Shown: in pieces, positions 1-11,600 of the stretch | How the letters are laid out: every line of letters begins with the position of its first letter | Numbering within the stretch: the first letter of the stretch is position 1 | DNA from: Schmidtea polychroa | Lineage: Eukaryota | Direction of reading: 5' to 3' | Length of the DNA stretch: 64,000 bases | NCBI GenBank assembly: GCA_044892525.1 | Contig: CM097887.1 | Location: 98,868,397-98,932,396 of the forward strand | Program-made: the position numbers and the translations under genes | The notes under the pieces: generated by a model | What the model was told of the DNA's origin: nothing | Seen by the model: the letters and a program-made list of their open reading frames with translations, nothing else | Databases searched by the model: none

Positions 1-1741
1 TCTCAGTTAGGGGTATTCAAATATTCCACTAGTAGGACCCAGTTTTAAAAGTGAAAACTTTGCGTAACCCACCCGACTGGTATAGAGAAGATGGGAAGGC
101 AAATAAAAATATCGACTGATCTTTTTTCTATTTTATTTTTAATATATTTATTTTAGAAATTCAAAACTATTAGATAAAACTGAAAATAGCCGTGTAAAAC
201 CTAGTAATTTATATGAGAATATATAAAATCTCTATTCCTCATTTTTTGGTGTATATATTTTTAAAAATTATTCGTAACCCACGCTTTGAGGACCCCCGGA
301 TCTAACCATTAGATTGATTAAGTTTCTAGATGAAAGAATTTTTGTTGATTAAGTAAAGTGGTGAAATAAATTGATAATGTTTTACACGTGGGGATCAAAA
401 GTTGAACTACTCTATAATGATGCAAGTACTATTGTTTTGCTAGGTAATCATCTTATTAGAGACAACGTATCAAAAGATCAAACAAATTATTTCTGTGCAT
501 TTTTAAATGAACTTAAAATACAGTTTATGTCATATTGCGTTAATCAAATTAAATTAAATGTTGAATAAATAAATGAAAATAATTGAAGAACAAAAACGTA
601 GATTAAAACAAAGATATCAGTTTAAATAAATTTCAAGGAAAATCTATTTTTAACAACCAGAAAAACTTTAATATAGTCGTGATTAGTGATGTAAGAAGAA
701 TATGATTAAGTTCTGTGATATCCTTAACTTCCGAGAAGTCTTCTGAATAATTTAAATAAAAAATTATTAAGTTAAAAATAACTACTATTACAATACACTT
801 AACAACGAAACCCCTATATTTCTAGTTTTATTTCAATAAAGCTTGAATGATTTTGAAAGATTTTTTTTACTTAAATATAAAGAATTCTTTAATTGTAATT
901 TTATTTTTTGAAATGTAATAACAACAAAAAAATTAAAATGAATAATGAAATTTTTGTCATTTCAATTGCTACATTAATTACATGAGTTCATTGTAAAATT
1001 GGGATTTGTGGGACACATAAGATTTGAGAACAGGTGAGGTGGCTTTTGAAAAGTAAGTCGAGTATAAAATAAAAATTGTAGTCATCTTTCTGAAAAGTTA
1101 CAATATTAAATAGTTAAATCTGTATTTTTTCAATAATTAATATATATTTATTTTAGTAAGAAAAAGTTTGATCAACTCTGTTAAAATCAGTACCGGGAGT
1201 CTTCACAGATTGAAACATTATTTTTCACTATCTGACACTATAAAGAACCGGTGGTGCACAAATGTTTCTAATAATATTTTTTAAATCATACTTTAAACTG
1301 GAAAACTGCACCTAAATGTAAAGTTATGGGAATAGGATACAAATTGCAAATCCAATCTTCTATAAACAATTAAAATATTTACATAGCTCTAGGCAAGTAC
1401 ACACACACACAAATTTTAGTGGCATACAATCAAATTCACGGGACTATTACATTCAGATCTAATTGGACCCTATTAAAATCAAACATAAGGTTTTTTTGGG
1501 TTAGTGTATAAGGCTGACCTGTATAAAATTTACCTGTATAAAACCACAAAAATGTTTCGTGATTATGACGGATAAGTAGGTGCTTATTGTAGATTTAATT
1601 TGGAAATGGTGTAAACAATAATATCCACTTCTAATTTAAAAGTTGTGATATTTCTTCATAGTCAATCTAATTGTAAAAATTCAAGTAGCGAATGAAAAAC
1701 CAGAAAATAAAGTATTTTATAACTCCGTGCCGACATAATGT

Positions 1742-2839
1742 GTGGAACTTATCGAATTGATTCCAATGCACGATACAACGAGAAGCGAAGACATTTTCGA
1801 AAAGGATGAAGGGATTTTGAAAGACTATGATTTCGATTTGAGTAAACTTGTGTGCTTATCTATTGACGGTGTAGCGAATATGTCTGGCAAGCATAATGAT
1901 GTTGTTACCAAATTGCGAACAAAAATTAAGAACTTGTATCCAGATTCATCATTTGCCCATTTTCATTGTATTATTCATCAACAAAATTTGTGTTCAAAGA
2001 CATTAAAATTGGACCACGTGCTTGGTTTGGTTACAAAAACAGTGAACTTTATCAAAGGAAATGCTTTCAAACATCGTCAATTCAGTCAGCTGTTAGAAGA
2101 TATGGAAAATGAGTTTACAGATGTTCAATTCTACACAGCAGTTCGATAGCTATCGTGTCAAAAAACACGGAAGAAATGATGGATAAAAGTTGGGTCCAGG
2201 ATCTAGCATTTGCTGTGGACATTCATGGCACCATTCAAATTTGATGTTGTAAAGGCAGAAGAAAATTTGCAGATGGAGTTAGTTGAAATACAATCAGATT
2301 CTATTCTTAGAGTTAAGTATCTAGAAGTGGAGATACCTAGTTTTTATTCATACCTCCCAAAACCTTATCCAAACCTAAAAAACTCCCCTTAAAAATAATG
2401 TGAATGTTTGGTACCACTTATTTGTGTGAACAGTTATCTTCATTTATGAAATTAACCAAAACATCTCAAAGAACAAAGCTTAATGATAAAAATTTGTCAT
2501 CCTTAATGAAGGTGGGGACGACAAATACATTTAAGCCGAATATAAAAACAATTGTTATGAAAAAGAAGCATCAAACCTCATGGCAAAAATAATTGTAGTT
2601 GTAATAAATAAATTGTTTTTTTTGATAATTTTTTTTTCATCCCTCCTTCAAATTTTCAATCCGAATTATTATATTTAGCGTTATGAGGCAATAGCTTAAT
2701 GTAGCCGTTGTAGTAAGTATGCAAATTAAATAAATATAATACAAAATGTTTCAGTGTTTCTTAAATTTTTTGATGTGGCCCGCGGCGTACTCAAAATAAC
2801 TTTTGTGGCCCTTGGTGCCTTTTGAGTTTGACACCCCTG
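1742..2839 (+). mobile_element. Degenerate, internally deleted hAT (Buster/Charlie, GTF2IRD2-like) transposon, right portion
   Basis: ORF fragments carry SIDG, HFHCIIH, AVR*LS and the C-terminal FGTTYLCEQ dimerisation motif. The right TIR TGAGTTTGACACCCCTG ends at 2839; the left end was not found. Confidence 0.88.
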
Positions 2840-3098
2840 ATTTAGAGCAACAAAGCTCGCTCAATTGAACGCGTTAAAATAACAGCTTTATAGAATCTTT
2901 TTTATAAACAATTATCTCTATAAATAAGAATGTAACTTATTAGAAATATTTCTTGAATATATAAATTTAAAAATTAATAAAATTAAATTGTCAAAAATTT
3001 ACTAAAACGTAATTAATGTACAAAAATGTATTATTTGCAATAGTATTATTTAAAATTTTATATTTCACAAAATTAGTTCTAGGACGTCATACCTAGCT

Positions 3099-3143
3099 AT
3101 TTATATATATATTTATATATATTTATATATATTTATATTTATA
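3099..3143. repeat. AT simple repeat (ATTTATATAT)n
   Basis: Seen directly in the sequence. Confidence 0.8.
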
Positions 3144-6100
3144 GATATTACAATAATTTCACAATAACTATGCCATATAAAATGGCCAAATATTGAAACA
3201 TCAACGACCGCACTTACTGCTAGAGAATTTATTGTAGGAACTATTATTATGCCTTGAGTGAAGATTTAATTCTGTTTTATCTAAAAGCTAAGTTATATGA
3301 TTTCTAGAGCCTCTCATTTCTCTTGTGGTTTTTCTAAAAATAACGTCATGTTAAATAAATTTTATAAATATTTTTCTTGTCTTAATTGCATTCAAAATAG
3401 GAGCATGTGATCTAAAATTTTCAGATTCGTTACAATTTTTAATATTCTGTTTAATAAACATCCAATTTGACTTATTTTTATTGTGGTAGGTCATTTAGTC
3501 AATCAAAAAATTTTTCTATCATTCGAATAAATATTTTATAATTATAAATTTTATAAAAATATTTATATAGAAATTTATATTTTAATTTTAAAATTTTTGT
3601 AATTACTTAATTAATTTCATAATTATTTGGGCGGTAAAATTTAAGATTTAAAAATGCTTAAGAAAAATAAAAATAAATTTTAGTAATTATATGTATTTTT
3701 TAAATAGGCTAAAGGAGAAATTTCGTAATGCGCAAAAGAATAATAACCTTTAATTGTGTAAATATTTAATGAAATTATAACAATTTAAAGTTATTATTAT
3801 TATTTCACGTATGACGTTCTTTTTTAATTAGTTTAATTATAATACAGATAAATTTAAAAAAAATAAAAGTATAAAAGTGCTAATATTTTTAGAATGTGAG
3901 TAAATTTTAATGTGATATGAAATTCGATACAATTTCTAATGTCAGAATAGTTTCGAATTTATTTGGTTTTCATAAGTACCACGTAAGAAATGTATTTTTT
4001 ACTCAATAAATGTACATTTTTTTTAAAGTAACAACTATTTCATTTTTTAACGCTATTTTCTATTTTTCCAGTTAAAAATGACACCATTTTTTACAACACA
4101 TTCATTTCAATGTCAATTTATAACTTTAAACAATTGGAAATCTTGATTTTATTTCATTAGTGCGAAAATTACTCCAAATTCACAAATGACATTAGTAAAA
4201 GTCATATATATTGATTCATAGTCAATTTTTTAATAAATACAATGTCAATTGAAAAGAAATCAGTGGTGAAAATTAAAAAAATTCTTATAATAGAACATTT
4301 TAAGTTTTTACTTATTGACATCATTGTTAAACTTTCAGACAAAAGCCCGGTCAAGTTTCATGCGATTTTATAGTTCTATCATAAAATGTAAGATTAAAAA
4401 TGAGTCTATTCAGATAAAAAAAATCTTATAAAATGTTGTTAGTGAATCTAGCGCATAACTTCACGTTATAAAATTATTACGACATACATTTTAAAAAACT
4501 TAAAACAAGATTAAATAAACATCACATTTCAAACAATTAAAAAGGACTGCCGAAAATTCGTGTTAAGTAAATAAAAATATTGATCTAATGTCTGAAATGA
4601 TGATTAAGGAAATTAAAAATGAAAATGTAAATCGATCAATGGTGAGAAAGATAAAAGATTTTACTGATAAACATTACTTTGGTTATTTCATAATACAGTT
4701 TCCGTTAATTTTTTTATATTTTAAATTCCATAATTTTATAGAATATTTACATTATGAATATGTATAGTTTTATTTCAATTTATTTTGATGTTTTCACTGA
4801 AATATTCTGTATTTAAATAACTCTGAGCTAAGCATGCTCAAATTTATTTACTTGTATGCGTGTTTATTTCAAGCAAATAATAAGAACCAAAATTCTTATT
4901 TGCCACAAATGGAAATTACAGCTGAAAAAAGAAATTTTCGTAAAAGAAATTTCAATGGATGACTTTATTAACTGATAAATCTTGTTAAAATTTCATATAA
5001 TAATTAAATAAATTTCGTAGAATATTTTATATTTCAAAATAAAAAATGATAGCAATATTTTTGATATTTTTGTTCTTTATTTAAAATAGTATTTGTTTAA
5101 TTTATTGGAAATATTTAACTAAAAAAATTACATTTTATTGTTAAATTTTATTTATTTATTATTATTTTTTTAATATTATTATTTATACGAAAACATAATA
5201 AATTGTTATTACATCATTTTGCATCGTTTGAACTTATTTATTAATTTCCATTATTATTTACTATTAATAATATTATTTCAAACAAAATAAACAAACACAA
5301 TTTATTTCATTCATAAAATCCTCATTTAATATTGTGAATTACCATTTTTAAAGAATATTTTTATCTGGGAACTCATTTTAATTTTCTTGATTATCTTGAA
5401 CTGCCTCTATTGTTCTGGGTATTTTTATTCAATTTTATATAAAATTCTCATACCTCAATGAATTGGTGACATTGTGAAAAAGAAACAATTTCAGTCATCT
5501 TACTAACTTGGTTATAATAAACATGTGTTGGGAATTGTACAATATTGTACAAATTTGGAATTCGTCTAATTCCTGCCAAAATGTTGGCGAAATTTATATT
5601 CGGCGTCATTTATTTGTATTCTATATGTAATGGTAAATTAGAAGTAATTGAATATAATTTCACAGCATAATTCTCCTAACTATTGAAAGTGTTAGGTCGC
5701 ACATTTTGTTATTACCGAATACAGAGAATACGAGATAATGAGCCTGGAATCCACCGACACGACCTTTTTTAAATTAATTAGTTTTTCGGTAAAACTATTT
5801 TTTGCCGAATTTCTTTCGCTGAACTTGTTGAAACCCGTGAATTAGTACATGTTTTTAATTTGAGTAAGTCGCTAAGCCTTTGGAAAGAAATTTAATGGGT
5901 CGTCGTGGAAAAACTTTGAATCGTTGCTTTCTGATTGTATTTCTGTATTTGTGATTGTTATATTTGCCTATTACACACAAAATATTACTTATAAAATTCT
6001 AAATAAAACAAATTTTCAAAGATTTCTAGTTGTTGACAATCATTGACAAATAATTAAAAATTATAAAATAAAAATATATTAAAAAACTTCAAAAATAACA

Positions 6101-6234
6101 CTTCTATATTAAAATGCACGAAAATGCTGAAAATAAACTTTTATACGATACACAAAAGACAAAATTTGGCTTTGTAAATATATTTTTACCTTATTATATT
6201 TTCTAAATATTGAATCAAATATATATTTTTATTA

Positions 6235-6760
6235 CAGTTTTGTTTTAATCATGATATTCACTTTGGTTGTTTAATCATCAAGAAAAAAATACATTATTAT
6301 CAGGATTTAAATAAAAATGTTAGTGATGATGTAATCTATTCTGACGATGACCAACAATTTGGAAATTTTTGAGATATTTTGTATCAAAATATTAATGAAC
6401 TGGATACTTTTGAAAATTTATATTTGGGAGTATTTTTAGTCAAGCTGCTGACATATTCTTCAAAAATATTTAGCTGATGAAACGGGATATGAACTGTTTT
6501 TACTTTTAGATGTAAAATGTAGATGGAACTTATTCTAGCCTAAAATTATACTAATAACTCTGAGTGCTTTAGGGAAAAATCATTTATTTTACGAGAGTGA
6601 TTTTAAATTTTTTAAAATTATTAATAAATATTTTAAAACCAATTGAAGTCGGCAAAGGTACAACAACAGTAATGACTGCAGAACATATTTTAAAATTTGT
6701 GTTTGCAAAATTAGAATTATTTAAGCAGCCAAATGTAGGAGGAATTATTATATTAAAATT
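6235..6760 (+). pseudogene. Highly decayed hAT (Ac/ZBED-like) transposase remnant
   Basis: Fragmentary translations FCFNHDIH, LLLDVKCRWN and LKPIEV...TVMTAEHILKFVFAKL resemble the CxxH and DVxTRWNS motifs. Confidence 0.45.
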
Positions 6761-7880
6761 TATTAATTATAATTAGCATATTAAATATTTACAATTAATA
6801 TAAAATTTTTTTATTTTTTTTATTATTTTATTATTTATTATTTATTTTTTAATATTTTAAATAATAATAAATACGAAAATAGTATATTGAATGAATGAAA
6901 TCTTTGCATAATTTCATGTTATACTTTTTTTTGTATTTATTTAAGATTCTCGTTTATTTATTTTCAAATTATGTACTAGAAAACAATTTAACTTTGTAAT
7001 AAAAAAATGAATATTACTTTATTCAATTTCTTGATTATTATTGGATGTTTTAAATGCAAAGAATTCAGAAAAAAACATTAACTCTAATAAAAATTATAAA
7101 CTACTTGCTAAAAATATAAGGCTCAATTAAAGTCTTCAATGAGCATTAAATTTAACATATTCTTTTTTGAATGTAGGGCGTATTTTGTATTATTTATAAA
7201 TATAATTGAATTAATTTACTTTTAATAGAGAAAATTTTCATCAATCCTTTCTCATTAGTGTAATTTTTTGAACTCAATGAAATTATTATTTTAATAATTA
7301 TTTGGGCCCTGCGGTATTTTGCTAAATCAAATTTGTGTTCATTAGTTTTTAAACGGTTGTCACACCGGTTCAGTTCGGGAATTCAAATGCTTGATTAATG
7401 GCTTTAATTAATTAATTTGCAATTTTTACATTACGAAATCATCAAATTTGTATTCCTTCATTTGCCCCTTCACGCTTTTGCCTCCTGAGAAATATTGATT
7501 TTCGTTTTTTTATATTTTTAATTAATTTTGTAAATTTCAATTAATTTCAATTAATTTTGTTGAATTTAGTTTTTAATTGTTTTGCGCACAATTTTTCTGA
7601 TTTTAATTATCTATCCTTCGCCATTCTATACAACTCTTTTGGAAAGATATTTTGAAACTTCATTTATTTAGGATACTTTGTAATAAACAAATCTTCGATA
7701 AATTTTTATTGTTTTCATCGAATTTGTATTCATTTAATGTTATATGAGAATCGCGTTGTTTAGTATGTTTTTTTGTACCAGGTCGAAATAGGGGCGCTCC
7801 AAGTGGTCGGCAAATTTAAAATTAAACATTTGCAAAAAAAAATTTCATTTTGTAAAATAAAAAAAATTTACGACTATTTT

Positions 7881-8042
7881 GTCATTGAACGCACATTGTG
7901 TGTGTGGTGTCATTGAACGCACCCATTGTGCGTGTGGTGTCATTGAACGCACCCATTGTGTGTGTGGTGTCATTGAACGCACCCATTGTGCGTGTGGTGT
8001 CATTGAACGCACCCATTGTGTGTGTGGTGTCATTGAACGCAC
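7881..8042. repeat. 30-bp minisatellite, about 5.5 copies of GTCATTGAACGCACCCATTGTG(T/C)GTGTGGT
   Basis: Units start at 7881 (28 bp), 7909, 7939, 7969, 7999 and 8029 (partial). Confidence 0.95.
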
Positions 8043-8502
8043 TCCAGCTTAGTTTTCATTTATCTGCCATTATCTTGTCAAAATCTTTTAGTATTTTAAT
8101 TTTTGGACCAAATCAACATTTCAAGTTTTAAAATTTATAAAAATAAATAAGAGATGTTATTCCGTAGTTAGTTTAATTTTTACTTTAATTAAAATGTTAT
8201 TTTTATTTTGGATTATAGAAAAGTTTTAAGAAAGGACGGGAAGCGACAGGAAATTATTTTGCACACAGGTGGCCTAAGAGTTCGGCGCACCTCTGGGTCG
8301 AAATATAGAAAATCATACTCAAATCTTTCAAGGTTTCATATAATTTCTTGCTCAATTGATAATTTGCCACTAAATTTTCATTTAAAATAGTCAATAAGTT
8401 ATATTTAAATGATTTATTACTTTAATAAGGACCTATTTGAAAAATAATTTTATTGAAATTAAAATCAAATTACAATTATTCACAAGCATTTAGTAAATCA
8501 GT

Positions 8503-8603
8503 TCAATTTTTTGTGGACTTTGAGAAAAGAATTCCGTGATAATTAATCCCATTCACTTCCATTGTTACAATCATAGAATTTTCCGGAAGCCCTATTTTTG
8601 AAC
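8503..8603 (-). CDS. ARID3: ARID3 terminal exon with REKLES-beta-like motif (GSKIGLPENSMIVTMEVNGINYHGILFSKSTKN*)
   Basis: Acceptor tttcag at 8605/8604 and TGA at 8505..8503. The motif resembles the ARID3 S(M/I)xVSMEINGxxYxGVLF signature. AATAAA lies about 50 nt downstream (8449..8454). Confidence 0.85.
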
Positions 8604-11600
8604 CTGAAATAAATGTTTATTAATTATAAATTTATTTTTGATATTTATATTTAAAATACGTAACTGTCCTTAATGACGAAATAAAGACATGACTCGTTCA
8701 TAAATTGAGTAAGTCAACCAATGAGAAAAAGTATTGAAACAATTAAATCAACAAACCAATAATAGATCAATAAAATTCTTAATGATAAGCGCAAATATTC
8801 GCTACAGCCTTTATCAAGAAATAAAATTTAATTACAAAAATAAAAAAATTTCTTTAATTTCTTTTTAATTTCTTTTAATTATCAAGCTTCAATTAATTCA
8901 ATAAATTTGGCTTTGATTTTAAGCATTCATAAAAGACAAATTCATAGAATAAATAATATCAAAAATTGATTTTTACAAAAGTTATTATTTGTTAAAAATA
9001 ATGACGATTTTAGACAAAATATTTATTCACGAAAAATTATTTTTTTTTTTAATTAATATAAATTTTTACTGTGTTTTTAAACATGGATTTTATTTAAAAG
9101 TTCTTTAATCTTGTCTATAATAGTTAATTTGATTGTAAGTATTTTGGTGAAACATTCTTTAGCTGCCTTATCTGTTTTGAAATTTTTCAACAGTGTAGCT
9201 GCTTTATCACAGAGGAGAAAATCGAATGCTTCTGTCCTTTTCAAGTCATTTAAGGCCCAGATTTTTTTAAAATTTTTTTTGTAGAAATAGATTTAATTGG
9301 ATATCAAAACGAAGTAAAAATTACCAAAAAAATTTGTTAATAACGTGATAATATCGGTGGTAGTCAAATAACGTCCGTGAGTCTTAAAGGTAGCTAAATA
9401 AATTAATATTATGGACATTCAAAACTTATTGGTTTGAGTCGGTATTTGACTACCATGGTTAATGTTATGATATATTTTTCGCAAAAATTTAACTAATAGG
9501 ATTGTTTCATATCCTGGGCCCAAAGCATGGAGACTGGGAGTTTAATGAACATATTTTGATTAAATGATTCTTGTTGTTTGTTGCATGATCTAAACCTATC
9601 AATGTTCAGTTTGAAATGACCTTCTTTATGAAAGGGTTCGATCAGCTTGTATAATGGTGGATGATGACAATTTACAGTGTCTAGAAATTTTGAATTTTTC
9701 TTTTTTAATTACTGATATAAGTGTATTTTTAATAGTTGATAAATGTTGCCACTAGTGGAAGACTTCTATTAGAACGAGGCTAGGATCCAACAATATTTTG
9801 ACGTGTATTCGTAGATTTTCATCATCATGTCATGCATTTTCAGTTTTTTTCTAATATTATTAGCTTCCTTGTAATTTACCGTATTAGCTCGAATATAACG
9901 CGACCCCAATTTTTAATGCGACACCACCTAAAAAAAGTAATACATAGGTTATATTCATGACAATAAATTTAATTAATTTAAACCAAAATTAATATTACGT
10001 AAGTAACAACAAATTTAGCGCGAGTCGATTATTTAGTAAAAATAAAATGTTAAAAAATGTCGCGTTATATTCGGGCTAATACGATATATATCATTAAGGT
10101 GTAAGCCAGAGGATATTCAGAATTGTAAGCTCTTGATGAAGTTTCAGACATTAAAATTGGTTTTTCAGGTTATTTTATTATTGATTGCGCATTATAAGCG
10201 GGACACCCTGTTAACCTTATATTTTATTTAGAAATAATATTTTTTAATGAAAATAATTTTTGAAAGAACGTAATCCTTCATGTTAAAAACCACAAAGTTT
10301 ACCTGGAATATTTGTAATGTTTCCAATTTTAGATCCATTATTTTGAGCAGAACTTGCACTTGTCAATCCAATTAGAGGCAGAACTGAGCAATTCTTTTGG
10401 TTGTCGGTAAAATTTATTTGCGTTGGGTTTTGCGTTTCATTTGAAACTTTGAATTGACTGGAATCCGGTTGATATTCAGGAGCCATTTGTGGGGTAATAA
10501 TGGGCTTATTTTGTATGTTTGAATTATAAATTTCAAAGGATTCTGGAGAAAATGTTAACTTATTGAAATAATCTTTGTTTGGATTATCTTGTGGTACTTC
10601 GTGAATAATAGATTTATCTAAATAAAAAAGATGACACCATATTCATAATGGATGGGTAAGATTACTTGAGGATATTTTGTTCTTTTGATCGATTATATTT
10701 TCTACTTCTACTTTTAAATTTTCTATTTTATTTTTTGATGGCGACGCAAAATTCAAAAAAGGAGGTATCACGTGAGGAAAGCAGCTGTTAATCTGTTGAT
10801 GTCTTTGAAAAGCAGCTGCAAGCATTGTGGCAGCATCGAATGGAGCATTCAATGAAATATTATTATTATTTGAATGAAATATTGAAGGAAATAAACGGGA
10901 AGGCATTGAACCTATTGGTGTATTTCCAGAGTTACCAGAATGATGGAATCCTAAATTCTGTCCATTAAAGGATTGTGAATTGTTTAATGATGGATATTCA
11001 AAAGAATATGTTGGTCTTCTAGCTTCACGCCGGTTTCCATCAATTGCAGCTTGCAGTTCTGACGGCGTGCTCAATTTAAGATTTTCACATTCGAATGGAT
11101 ATAAATATTTCATATATCTAAACATTGAAAAAACCTCAAGTAATTAAGCCAAATTTGTTTAAATTTAAAGAAAAGTTATATTGTTCAATTTTTGATAAAA
11201 TTTAATCCTTCTTATATTTTATAAGTATCATTGCTCGCATCACTGACCATATCATTGACCGCATCATTGACCATATCATTGGCTACCGCATCATTGATCA
11301 ATCATTGGCTACGGCTAATAGGGATAATATCCACTTGAGTAGATGGAGAAAGTTTTTCAATTTTTTTAGTAATTTAATAATTGTACCTTTATTTTTATTT
11401 TACATCACTATTAATAAATGTTTTTAATAATGAAAAATAAATGTTTTTATAATATTTATATTAAATTATGCATGAAAAAATTAAGGTCAATTATTTAGGG
11501 AAGGTTAATAAAACTTTATTGATTGAATTAATTGATTAATTTAAAATAAATAAAAAATTGTAATTGAAGATATAAAATGTTATCCAAGTAAAGATGTGAA

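Noticed and set aside
8-298. Possible hAT MITE at the window start (TAGGGGTATTCAAA ... TTTGAGGACCCCCG)
   Set aside because: The TIRs are poorly matched and no TSD can be confirmed at the window edge.
1441-1476. Peptide GLLHSDLIGP resembling an integrase core start
   Set aside because: It is followed almost immediately by a stop and has no supporting motifs, so it could be chance.
7845-8131. Repetitive ORFs 7845..8042 and 7898..8131, and a possible CRISPR reading of the array
   Set aside because: These are translations of the 30-bp minisatellite. There are no unique spacers, no cas genes, and the context is eukaryotic.
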